Below, in pieces: positions 29,553-41,400 of a DNA stretch of 54,749 bases (position 1 is the first letter of the stretch; each line of letters opens with the position of its first letter). The position numbers were made by a program, and so were the translations under genes. Under the pieces are notes generated by a model. The model was not told where the DNA came from. It did not search any database and was given only the letters and a program-made list of their open reading frames with translations. The DNA is from Candidatus Delongbacteria bacterium (GTDB lineage Bacteria > UBA4055), in NCBI GenBank assembly GCA_016937995.1, contig JAFGVM010000089.1, forward strand, positions 1-54,749, given 5' to 3'.

Positions 29553-31313
29553 TCACTTACCACTGACTTCGTCTTTTATATCATGATCCAGATCCCCTTT
29601 CATGATCTTCATGAATAGCGTCCCGTCCTTGGACAAATTTTCCACAGTATCATACTCGACCATCTTATTATCACTTAAAACAATAACTTTATCAGCATGA
29701 AGAGCAGTTGCAAGTCGGTGAGTTACGATAATGCAGCTTGTATCAGGAAGATTATCCCTGAAACTGCTCCAGAATATCTTCTCAGTATGAGCATCCATAG
29801 CAGCGGTACAATCATCCATCAAAAGAAGTTTCGGCTTACGTATAATAGTCCTTGCAATAGAAAGTCTCTGCTTCTGCCCACCTGAGAGGCTGAGACCTCT
29901 TTTACCCAGGACAGTCTCCATTTTCTTAGGGAACTTATCGATCTCATCAGTCATTATAGCAGTCTTTAGATTCTGCTGGATCTCTTCTTCTGAGAACTCA
30001 TCTCCAAGTTCGAGATTCTTTCTAATAGTCTCTGAGAAAAGAACATTTTCCTGCTTAATATAACCTATAATATTACCAAGGGAATCATTTTCAATTTCAT
30101 CAATAGGGATTCCATTTATAGTAACATTCCCCGATAAAGGTCTCAGATTTCCTGCAATGATCTCAAGCAGAGTTGATTTACCGCTCCCTAAAGCTCCCAC
30201 AACTGCAAGACTCTCACCTCTTAAAAGATTAAATGAAATGTTATTCAAAACATTATTTTCGCTGTCATCGAACTTAAAATCAACATTAACCACTGATATA
30301 CCATTGAATTCATCTACTCTCTTAGTTCGGTTTTTTGACATATCATGATCATCTCCCGTCTCTGTCTCGATCAATCTGTCAACGTAACGGAATACCTGCT
30401 TTGAAGAGGCGTAGAACCAGCTTATCGTCCAGATAGGATTTACAAGCTGCTGAAGATAAATTATAAATAATAAAAGAGTTCCCAGAGTGATCCCTTCCCT
30501 CACCACATAAACACTACCAATGAACATCACTATGATAATACCGGCATTATTCACCAGCATTGAAAAAAATTGTATTACCTGGTTGATCTTTAAAAATTCT
30601 TTCTCTCTTTTGACCCTTTCTTCAAGAACTTCATTGTATTTTCTTATCTGATCATCTTCACTTTGAGTGGTCTTTATTACCCTTATCCCTGAAAAACATG
30701 CTTCAAGTACGTTATTACAGTCTGAAATTGATTTCTGCTTGGCTATTGTATATCTGACCATTTTATCTTCGGTCTTTGAGAGTATTATAACAAGGAATGG
30801 CAGAGGAATAAATGTATATAGAGTAAGTGGAACTGAATAATAGAACATTACTCCCAGAGTAAAACCCAGAACAAGAACAGCTTCAACAGGCCTTAGCACA
30901 CCTGAGCAGGAATACCAGGAGATCCTGTCCCAGGCACCATCAATATCATCTGTAAGTCTTGTAAGCAGATCTCCGGTCCTGAATTTTTTAAAAAAGTGCT
31001 CGTTCTTTTTAGTAAAAGAATTGTAATATTTATTCCTTATCATCACAGTATACAGAATATTTAAATAGGCTCTAAAATTCGGTAGTGAAACCGCCAGTAA
31101 CTCATGCAATACTGCCGCTCCAAGATAGATCAGAATAACTTCATGCATTTGATCCACTATATAGTCACCACCGAGCCTGTCGACAATATATTTAAGAAAA
31201 ACAGGAAAAGCAGTTTTGGCGACTATAGTTAACATCGTCACAAAAAGAACGAGGATCATTTTCTTCTTAGCCTGTTTCCAGAACTGCCAGAACCATTTAA
31301 AATATAATAACAT
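29553..31313 (-). CDS. ABC exporter half-transporter (TMD+NBD), degenerate Walker B
   Basis: 'RTGDLLTRLTDD', GALGSGKST, LSGGQKQR, LLLMDDCTAAMD, THR. Confidence 0.92.
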   Translation of the reverse strand: MLLYFKWFWQFWKQAKKKMILVLFVTMLTIVAKTAFPVFLKYIVDRLGGDYIVDQMHEVILIYLGAAVLHELLAVSLPNFRAYLNILYTVMIRNKYYNSFTKKNEHFFKKFRTGDLLTRLTDDIDGAWDRISWYSCSGVLRPVEAVLVLGFTLGVMFYYSVPLTLYTFIPLPFLVIILSKTEDKMVRYTIAKQKSISDCNNVLEACFSGIRVIKTTQSEDDQIRKYNEVLEERVKREKEFLKINQVIQFFSMLVNNAGIIIVMFIGSVYVVREGITLGTLLLFIIYLQQLVNPIWTISWFYASSKQVFRYVDRLIETETGDDHDMSKNRTKRVDEFNGISVVNVDFKFDDSENNVLNNISFNLLRGESLAVVGALGSGKSTLLEIIAGNLRPLSGNVTINGIPIDEIENDSLGNIIGYIKQENVLFSETIRKNLELGDEFSEEEIQQNLKTAIMTDEIDKFPKKMETVLGKRGLSLSGGQKQRLSIARTIIRKPKLLLMDDCTAAMDAHTEKIFWSSFRDNLPDTSCIIVTHRLATALHADKVIVLSDNKMVEYDTVENLSKDGTLFMKIMKGDLDHDIKDEVSGK

Positions 31314-31347
31314 TGTTCACCTTATTTTTACCAGTATGCTAATATAT

Positions 31348-31377
31348 AAAAAAAGGCCGAAATATTCGACCTTTTTT
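31348..31377 (-). terminator. intrinsic (bidirectional-looking) terminator
   Basis: AAAAAAGGTCGAA-TAT-TTCGGCCTTTTTTT on the minus strand. Confidence 0.7.
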
Positions 31378-31409
31378 CAATGTTCATTTTTAAAGTTCAA
31401 CAGAAAAGA

Positions 31410-31748
31410 TTATTCACCATCTTCGTCGTCTGCATCATCATCACCTTCGTCATCACCATCGTCACCTTCATCATCACCATCGTCACCTTCGTCATCACCA
31501 TCGTCTTCAGGTGTCATACCCTCATCGTCTGTTGCGGTATCATCATCTTCAACAGTACCTTCATCATCAGGTGTTTCACCATCATCAGGAAGTGCAACAT
31601 CATCATCTCCGGCATCATCACCTTCACCAACTTCCTGACATCCTTTTCCGCTTAACACTACAGTTTGATCCTGCCCAGCCTTTAAACCCATTGCAGATAA
31701 AAGTAATATCATCATCATCAGGTTTATCAATTTTGTAGCTGTCTTCAT
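31410..31748 (-). CDS. small exported hyperacidic Asp/Gly repeat protein (112 aa)
   Basis: AAAGGAG RBS, signal-peptide-like MKTATKLINLMMMILLLSAMGLKA, D/E-rich tail, downstream terminator. Confidence 0.7.
   Translation of the reverse strand: MKTATKLINLMMMILLLSAMGLKAGQDQTVVLSGKGCQEVGEGDDAGDDDVALPDDGETPDDEGTVEDDDTATDDEGMTPEDDGDDEGDDGDDEGDDGDDEGDDDADDEDGE
31438..31505. repeat. 21-nt tandem repeat (about 3 copies, codes DDEGDDG)
   Basis: TC(A/G)TCACCTTC(A/G)TCATCACCA units; the variation is synonymous in the minus-strand frame. Confidence 0.85.
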
Positions 31749-31969
31749 TCTTTCTCCTTTGTAAGAACTGTATCTTACCAATTATTAATTTAAGCTGATC
31801 CTTTCTTCTACATTTTATTTATTTTTGTCACAGCATATATATTACTTTGCTCTTACGTGATATTTAATTCATTTTTGGTAAAATGCAATAGTAAATTATT
31901 AATTTATTTTCTTTCTTATTTTTGTGAAACAAATATGCTGAATTTTAAGAAGAAATCTTAACTCTGATA

Positions 31970-32063
31970 TGTCAAGATTCGTGACAAAGTATGACAAGTA
32001 TAAAGCTTTTTAATGAATTATAAAGAAAATCTCAGCACGAATGCGATTGGCATGTTAATTGCA
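31970..32063 (+). promoter_or_regulatory. sigma54 -24/-12 promoter with candidate upstream activator sites for groESL
   Basis: TTGGCATGTTAATTGCA (32047-32063; GG-N10-GC); TGTCA-N7-TGACA-N5-TGACA (31970-31996). Confidence 0.65.
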
Positions 32064-32118
32064 TTGATAAAACATCTGTAAATAAAAAGTATAAATTATA
32101 AAAAATACGGAGGGATCC

Positions 32119-34182
<2,064 letters not shown>

Positions 34183-34206
34183 ATATCCATAAAATTTGAT
34201 TAATTG

Positions 34207-34242
34207 AAAAAAAAGAGAGATGAAATATCTCTCTTTTTTTTT
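34207..34242 (+). terminator. intrinsic terminator after groEL
   Basis: A-run-GAGAGAT-GAAAT-ATCTCTC-T-run. Confidence 0.8.
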
Positions 34243-34445
34243 GCTTAAACTCCGAATTATTCAAATATTTAGATAATTGCATATATTGTCAACATTTCGT
34301 AATTTACTCTAATGAAAATGTTAATGTTTTATATGAAATAATTTATTAAAATAGTTCTTGATATTGATATAGACCATAGATATATTGACAACCCTTACTG
34401 CGTGACAGCAGATAAGGAAAAAATAAGATGGTGGGAGACCAACTG

Positions 34446-35996
34446 ATGAGTAATGAAAGAAAGCTTTTAGAATTAAAGGCCAAGATAGAAAAGGCAGAAC
34501 TCGGTGGCGGGATCGAAGCAATTGAAAAACAGCATGCCAAAGGTAAATTTACCGCAAGAGAGAGAATAAATATTCTTCTTGATCCGGGTAGTTTTGAAGA
34601 AATTGACAAATTGAGAACACATTCATGTACAGACTTTGGAATGGAAAAAAAGAAATTCTATGGTGACGGAATGATCACTGGTTATGGTTCTATACATGGA
34701 AGACTGGTTTTTGTTTATGCATTTGACTTCACTGTGATCGGTGGAACTCTATCTAAAACTGTAGGAGAGAAAGTCGGTAAAATTATGGATATGGCTGCAA
34801 AAGTAGGTGCTCCTGTTATCGGAATAAATGATTCCGGTGGGGCAAGGATACAGGAAGGTGTTGATGCGCTAGCAGGCTATACAAATATATTTATAAAGAA
34901 CATTTTATATTCAGGTGTTATACCACAGATAAGTGCAGTCGTAGGACCTTGTGCAGGAGGAGCGGTATATTCTCCGGCCTTAACAGACTTTATTTTCATG
35001 GAGAGAAAAACTTCATATATGTTCTTAACAGGACCTAAAGTTGTAGAGGAAGTTACACATGAAAAGGTTAGTGCTGAGCAATTAGGTGGTGCTGATGTTC
35101 ACGGAAAAAAGAGTGGAGTTACCCATTTTACATGTGATGACGAAACCTCCCTGTTTGAAGGTATCAGGGAATTGATCACATATTTACCTCAAAATAATAA
35201 CGAGGAGTCGCCAATTATCGAATGTGGTGATGAGCCTACAAGAATTAGTGCTCAATTGAATACGATCATTCCGGACAATCCTAATAAACCTTATGATATG
35301 AAGGATATTATCACAAAAGTAGTTGATTGTGGTAAATTTTTTGAAGTGCAGAAAGATTACGCAAAAAATCTCATCATAGGCTTTGGAAGATTGAATGGTA
35401 AATCTGTTGGTATAGTGGCAAATCAACCAAAAGTAATGGCAGGTGTTCTTGATTCTAATGCTTCAGTAAAAGGAGCAAGATTTATAAGATTTTGTGACTG
35501 TTTTAATATACCTGTAATAACCTTTGAAGATGTTCCCGGATTTTTACCTGGAACAGCTCAGGAGTTCAACGGGATCATAAATCACGGGGCGAAAATGATG
35601 TTCGCTTATGGAGAAGCTACAGTTCCGAAGATCACTGTTATTACCAGAAAAGCATACGGTGGAGCATATTGTGTTATGAATTCAAAGCAGTTACGTGGTG
35701 ATATGATATTTGCATGGCCTTCTGCCGAGATCGCTGTTATGGGTGCTGAAGGAGCAAGTAAGATCGTTTTTGCGAAAGAGATCAAAGAAGCTGCTGATCC
35801 AGAATCAATGTTAAAAGAAAAAATTGAAGAGTATAAAGATAGATTTGCAAATCCTTATGTTGCTCTTGAAAAAGGTTTTATTGATGGAATTATTGAACCT
35901 GAACTTACGAGATTCAAACTGATCAAATCTTTAGAAATGCTTAAAAACAAGAGAGATACTAATCCTCCTAAAAAGCATGGAAATATGCCGTTATAA
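34446..35996 (+). CDS. mmdA: acyl-CoA carboxyltransferase subunit (methylmalonyl-CoA decarboxylase alpha-like)
   Basis: DSGGARIQEG, GPCAGGAVYSPA, DVPGFLPG, RKAYGGAY, KKHGNMPL; operon context. Confidence 0.85.
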   Translation: MSNERKLLELKAKIEKAELGGGIEAIEKQHAKGKFTARERINILLDPGSFEEIDKLRTHSCTDFGMEKKKFYGDGMITGYGSIHGRLVFVYAFDFTVIGGTLSKTVGEKVGKIMDMAAKVGAPVIGINDSGGARIQEGVDALAGYTNIFIKNILYSGVIPQISAVVGPCAGGAVYSPALTDFIFMERKTSYMFLTGPKVVEEVTHEKVSAEQLGGADVHGKKSGVTHFTCDDETSLFEGIRELITYLPQNNNEESPIIECGDEPTRISAQLNTIIPDNPNKPYDMKDIITKVVDCGKFFEVQKDYAKNLIIGFGRLNGKSVGIVANQPKVMAGVLDSNASVKGARFIRFCDCFNIPVITFEDVPGFLPGTAQEFNGIINHGAKMMFAYGEATVPKITVITRKAYGGAYCVMNSKQLRGDMIFAWPSAEIAVMGAEGASKIVFAKEIKEAADPESMLKEKIEEYKDRFANPYVALEKGFIDGIIEPELTRFKLIKSLEMLKNKRDTNPPKKHGNMPL

Positions 35997-36016
35997 AACA
36001 CATTCAGGATATAAAA

Positions 36017-36607
36017 TTGAAAAAGAGTATTACAATACTGATATTCATTATTCTACTTACAGGAATATACGCAACTGAAAAACCTGTGGAAGATAAAAAT
36101 GACCCAAGTATAGACAAAGATACTAAGGTCCTTGACAGTTATACTGATGAGGAGTTTAAAAAAGCTGTAATGCAGGTCTTACAGAAAGGTAACCTTACAA
36201 ATAAAGAACTTTTCTTCAAGGAATTGGAAGCAGCTCGCAAGGGTAAGGTTGAAGAAGAAAAGCAATTATACGGTTTAGAAAATATTAACAAAGAAAATGC
36301 TAAAGGGATGAATGGTTGGGATGTTGCGATGAGTGGTATTATCGTGGTTTTCTCAGGATTGATCCTGATAATGCTGGTGTTGTATGTATTCAACTTTATG
36401 TTTAAACCCAAAACAGCAGAAAAAGCAAAACCGGAGAATGCGAGAAAGATAGTTGAAGATACTCCTGAAGATATACTTATTGCAATAGCTACAGTTGTGG
36501 AACTTTATACAAGGTTATACTCCTCAGATAAACTGACGGATCTTTCATTTAAAACTACCGAAAGTGAATCGTGGAAGATCAAAAATAAATTTGTTCAGGG
36601 ATCATAA
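36017..36607 (+). CDS. OadG/MmdD-type decarboxylase anchor subunit with N-terminal exported extension
   Basis: 'GIIVVFSGLILIMLVLYVF' TM, 'EDILIAIATVV', C-terminal 'ESWK'. Confidence 0.75.
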   Translation: MKKSITILIFIILLTGIYATEKPVEDKNDPSIDKDTKVLDSYTDEEFKKAVMQVLQKGNLTNKELFFKELEAARKGKVEEEKQLYGLENINKENAKGMNGWDVAMSGIIVVFSGLILIMLVLYVFNFMFKPKTAEKAKPENARKIVEDTPEDILIAIATVVELYTRLYSSDKLTDLSFKTTESESWKIKNKFVQGS

Positions 36608-36612
36608 AAAAT

Positions 36613-36644
36613 AATTGACAATGGACAATTGACAACGGACAATT
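36613..36644 (+). repeat. heptamer tandem array
   Basis: AATTGAC AATGGAC AATTGAC AACGGAC AATT. Confidence 0.75.
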
Positions 36645-36658
36645 AAAGGATATAGATC

Positions 36659-37120
36659 ATGAAAGAAATTAAGCTGGAAATAAAAGGAAAAGAATATACT
36701 GTTAAGATCAAGGAATTCGGCTCAAAAGAAGCGATCCTAGAAGTAAACGGCAATAAGTATACTGTGGGTTTAAAAGATCTGGGTAAAGAATTGAACATAG
36801 GTTCTGTTAGAGAAGTTGTAACACCATTGACGACTTCTCAACCTGCTGCTCCAACATCTGCTCCAGTCAAGACAAGTGCCTCACCAACAGGAGGATCAAC
36901 GGGTGGATCAGCAGAAGTACTTTCACCTTTACCGGGATTGATCTTGAATGTAATGGTCAAAGTTGGTGATACTGTTAAAAATGGTCAGAATATTATCATT
37001 ATGGAAGCAATGAAAATGGAAAATGATATTCAAGCTACAAAAAATGGTGTGATCAAGACAATAAATGTAAAGAACGGTGATAATGTCTCTGAAGGAGATG
37101 TTCTTGCAACAATAGAATAA
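36659..37120 (+). CDS. biotin carboxyl carrier subunit (MmdC-like)
   Basis: EAMKMEN biotinylation motif, Ala/Pro/Thr/Ser linker. Confidence 0.93.
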   Translation: MKEIKLEIKGKEYTVKIKEFGSKEAILEVNGNKYTVGLKDLGKELNIGSVREVVTPLTTSQPAAPTSAPVKTSASPTGGSTGGSAEVLSPLPGLILNVMVKVGDTVKNGQNIIIMEAMKMENDIQATKNGVIKTINVKNGDNVSEGDVLATIE

Positions 37121-37135
37121 TCAGGAAAAAACATA

Positions 37136-38281
37136 ATGGATACAATATCTCTTTTATTTTCAAATACAGGTTTTGCAAATTTACACTTTGATAATGTAAT
37201 AATGATCGTTCTTGGTGCAGTTGCTATATGGCTGGCAATTGTAAAAAAGTACGAACCGCTTTTATTACTTCCTATCGGATTCGGAGTGATAATGGGCAAT
37301 ATCCCTTACATGGCGGGACTTCCTATAGGAGTTTACGACACTATCGCGAACGGTAATTCACAAAACAGTGTTTTCAGTTTATTATACTGGGGTGTGAGAG
37401 TTGGTATTTTTCCGCCTTTGATTTTTCTTGGTATTGGAACACTAACGGATTTCTCAGCTTTGATATCAAGTCCAAAGTCATTACTGCTAGGTGCTGCTGC
37501 TCAGATAGGTATATTTGCTACTTTCTTAGGAGCTTTAGCACTGGGATTTGATCAATATTCAGCTGCTTCAATAGGTATTATCGGTGGTGCAGATGGTCCA
37601 ACTTCGATATTCATTGCATCAATTTTATCTCCTAAACTTCTGGGACCTATTGCAATTGCAGCTTATTCATATATGGCATTAGTTCCAGTGATACAACCTC
37701 CATTTATGAAGATATTGACCACTAAGAAAGAAAAAGTTATCAAGATGAAACCTTCAAGAAGAGTTTCAAAAAGAGAAAAGATTTTATTTCCAATCATGGT
37801 GTTTATTGTAGCAGCTTTGATCGCTCCAGGTTCTATAACTCTTGTTGGTATGTTGATGCTTGGTAACTTGATCAAAGAAAGTGGAGTTACTGATAGGTTG
37901 GCTAAAACAGCCGGTAATGCTATCCTTGATTCAGCAACTATAGTTCTGTCTTTTTCAGTCGGAGCAAGTACACAAGCTTCAACATTTGTAACGAAAGAAT
38001 CATTGCTGATCTTCGGTTTAGGTCTTGCATCTTTCTGTGTTGCTACTGCTTCTGGATTGATATTTGCCAAATTCATGAATTTATTTTTAAAAGAGAAGAT
38101 AAATCCTTTAATAGGAGCGGCCGGTGTTTCTGCTGTTCCAGACTCTGCAAGAGTAGTTCATCATTTTGGATTGGAACATGATAAATCGAATTATTTGCTG
38201 GCTCATGCAATGGGACCCAATGTAGCCGGAGTCATCGGTTCGGCAATTGCAGCCGGTGTCTTTATCGCGATATATTCTTAG
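37136..38281 (+). CDS. Na+-translocating decarboxylase beta subunit (OadB/MmdB)
   Basis: EPLLLLPIGFG, GIIGGADGPT, AAYSYMALVP, INPLIGAAGVSAVP, HAMGPNVAGVIGSA. Confidence 0.95.
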   Translation: MDTISLLFSNTGFANLHFDNVIMIVLGAVAIWLAIVKKYEPLLLLPIGFGVIMGNIPYMAGLPIGVYDTIANGNSQNSVFSLLYWGVRVGIFPPLIFLGIGTLTDFSALISSPKSLLLGAAAQIGIFATFLGALALGFDQYSAASIGIIGGADGPTSIFIASILSPKLLGPIAIAAYSYMALVPVIQPPFMKILTTKKEKVIKMKPSRRVSKREKILFPIMVFIVAALIAPGSITLVGMLMLGNLIKESGVTDRLAKTAGNAILDSATIVLSFSVGASTQASTFVTKESLLIFGLGLASFCVATASGLIFAKFMNLFLKEKINPLIGAAGVSAVPDSARVVHHFGLEHDKSNYLLAHAMGPNVAGVIGSAIAAGVFIAIYS

Positions 38282-38402
38282 ACCGTTTGTAAACTTCGTA
38301 TTTCTTCGTCGAAACCAATTTTTTATTCAAGTCACTTGCCTTTAAGCAAGCTCTTTTCTAAAAAACAAATTTCTCCTTGAACTAATCGTTTATAACCAGT
38401 CT
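38280..38402. repeat. long imperfect hairpin repeat, copy B
   Basis: Shares GTC-N-AAACCAATTTTTT and ATTTCTCCTTG flanks with copy A; its core is the reverse complement of the copy A core. Confidence 0.7.
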
Positions 38403-38493
38403 TGTATTTGTACCCCATCAATTTTTTAAATATTTTTATTTAAATTGTGATACAATTTAAAATCACATATATTATTAGCTTATAAATTGTTAT

Positions 38494-41400
38494 ATGTGGT
38501 ACCGAATGTCATTGAAAAGAATTTTCATATTATTTTTAATATTTGTCATTGTTTTGAATGCAGAAGATCTGGCTGATCGTATTAAGCAGTATAATGCAAA
38601 GCAGATCACTATGACAACAGCCCAGGAAATGAATATTGTGATCTCTGAGGATGGTCAGTCAATTTTATTTTCGTCTAACATGAACGGGAATTATGATATT
38701 TTCCGTAAAGATCTTATTTCAGAAGAGACAACTCAGATCACAGAAGCTCCGGGTAATGAATATCCACAATTTATTTATGATGATGATCTTTATTTTATAT
38801 CTGATGCTACAGACATCTACGGTAATATCTATCTTAGAGATCTGAAAGGTAAAAATGAGGAGATCATATATCTCAATAAAGGTGAAGAAAAGAATCCGGT
38901 CATCAATGAAAAAGCTATCATTTTTTCAAAAAAGACGGACAAGTATAGATTTTACAGCTTTGATATAAAAAAGAAGAAAGTTCAACTGATAAAAGGTGCT
39001 GAAGGTCGCAGGATCGTTTTCTCTTCAGACGGAAAACAAGCTGTGTTTGTTTCAAATAAAGATGAGAGCGGATACAATATTTTATATAAATGCAGTTATG
39101 AGAAAGGTTTATTCAAAGATGTCGAGCAGATTTCATTCGGGGCAATGATAATCAACGGAGTGGATATTTCGACTGATGGAAGTACAGTAGTATACTCAGC
39201 TATCAAGTCCGATACGGATAATAACGGCGTTATGAATATTAACGATAATTCAGTTCTCTATAAGATATCGTTTAACGGGAATGGAACAGTTCAATTCCAA
39301 TTAACACCTGAAAATTATTCATCTAAAGCACCGAAAATATCTTCTTCAGATAATATTTATTTCATTTCGGACAGGAGTGGTAATGATGATGTATGGATGT
39401 GCAATATTGATGGAGTTATCCCGAAAGAAGAAAATTATATGTCTCAAAGGTCTGTAGCAGATTTTTTATTTCAAGAGTTCAATGCTAAAAAAGTTTTGAA
39501 CGAGGGTTCAAGTATAAACTTAAAAGAAGAGAATGAGCTTCTGGATAAATCTTTACTGAGTTATAACAGGATACTATCACTTTTTTCAGCAGATAAAGAT
39601 AAACTGCTGGAAGTTTATTACAAAATGGCAGAGATCTATGAGATCCAGAAACAATTTGAAAAAGCAGAGTCGATCTACAGATTGATCCAGTCAAGATATA
39701 TTGATGATAAAAAAGTATCTGAAAAAGCCAATTTTTTTAAAAAGTTAACCGAGTTAAAAAGGAAAGGGATCAGAACTGACAGTTACGGATTCGAGCTGGA
39801 AGAACATATAAACAACCTGAAAGAGATGACCGTAAATTGTGAAGATGAAATTTTAGTTCAGAGTATTTATATCAGTATTGGAAAAATCTATTTCGACCTA
39901 GGTCAGTATTCAACGGCAAATAATTATTTTATCTCTGCAAGAGGAAAAGGGAATTCAGAATCTTACTACTGGCAGGCAAAAACAGCATTAGTATCAGGTA
40001 ATTCAAAATCAGCCGGATCCTTTCTTGAAAAAGCAATTGAAAGTACAAGTTCAAATGATCTGAAAGAAAAATACATTAGGGAATATTTTACATCGGGAGA
40101 GGATCTAGAGGGCAGAACTAAAAAGATCCGGAGTGTTCTATCAAACAAAGATCTTCCAAGTGAGATCAGATCTTACGGGAATTTGATCCTGGGTGATATG
40201 CTTGATAATATTGAGTTGAAACTTGAATACTATAATGTTGTAAAACAGTTTTATGTTGATGATCCTGAAAATATTTTAAAGAAAAAATTCTCTGCTGCTG
40301 CTGATCTTAAACTTGCCCGGCTATATACAGATAATCGTATGAACACAGAAGCAGAAGGTGTTTACAAATATTCAATAGACAATTATTCTGGAATAGATTA
40401 CGATTTTTATACGATCAATGCAGTAAAAGACCTGTCAAACCTATACCTGAATCAGGCTGATGAATATCTTAAAGCAGGAAAAAATGAAAATGCATTACTT
40501 ATTTACTATAAGGCTTTCGATCTGGATAGGGAGAATATTGTAACACTTCGGGGTATGGCAGATTCTTATAATTCTCTTGGAAAGATCGATGAGATAATAC
40601 GGTTCTTTACAGTTGAATATGAGAAGGATGTCAACAGCAGCTTTATGAACTATGCACTTGGATATGCCTATTCACTTAAAGCTATTAGCTCAAAAGAATA
40701 TCTCAGTCCACTGATAAATCTTTCAATAAATCTTATAGAGAGATCACTTGAACTGGAATCAAATAATAAATATGCATATCTGACATTAAGCTATGATTAT
40801 GAGGCATTATTCCATCTTAGGAATATTCAGGAAGATGAGATAAAGAAACAGAATATCTTGCTAAAGGGAGTTAATTACATTGTCGGTCCAGTGAAATTTT
40901 TACTTTCTACTATCAATCTGCTTGAAGATGATAATGTGGATTATCTTGATAAGACTATAAACACTTTGAACAAAGGTCTGGCAATAAGTAATATTATATC
41001 GGACAGGGATCTTTATCTCAAAATGACATTGAACCTTGCGAACAACTATTATAACCTCGGTGAATTCGGAAGGAAGAACGCTCTTGAAAAATATCAGGTC
41101 ATACTTGATAATGATTTCAAGTTCACTTCATTACAACAGAAAGCGATCATCTATGAAAAAATTGGGCACTGTCATTTCACACTTGGTAATGATGAGGCTG
41201 AGGAATACTATGAAAAAGCGATCGGGCTCTACAGATCATTGAACGATAGAGAGAGTGAGATCAGAGTATCAATGAGGAACGCATTATATTATTTGTCCAT
41301 GAAAGACAAAGAGGGAGACTTCATAGGAGGGTCAGATGCTTCTGAAAAGTATAATGATATTGTAGTGAAATTGAAAAGTGAAGGAAAGGATGATATTGTC

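Noticed and set aside
31438-31505. Tandem repeat as a possible CRISPR array
   Set aside because: Contiguous 21-nt coding units with no spacers and no cas genes.
31216-31738. Ser/Pro-, Ile/Thr- and His-rich plus-strand ORFs (31216-31638, 31380-31655, 31511-31738)
   Set aside because: Shadow frames of the Asp/Gly repeat gene; only the minus frame has an RBS, signal peptide and terminator.
29553-31748. Acidic peptide plus ABC exporter as a RiPP/bacteriocin cluster
   Set aside because: No modification enzyme or C39 peptidase domain, a Sec-type leader rather than double-glycine, and a terminator separates the genes.
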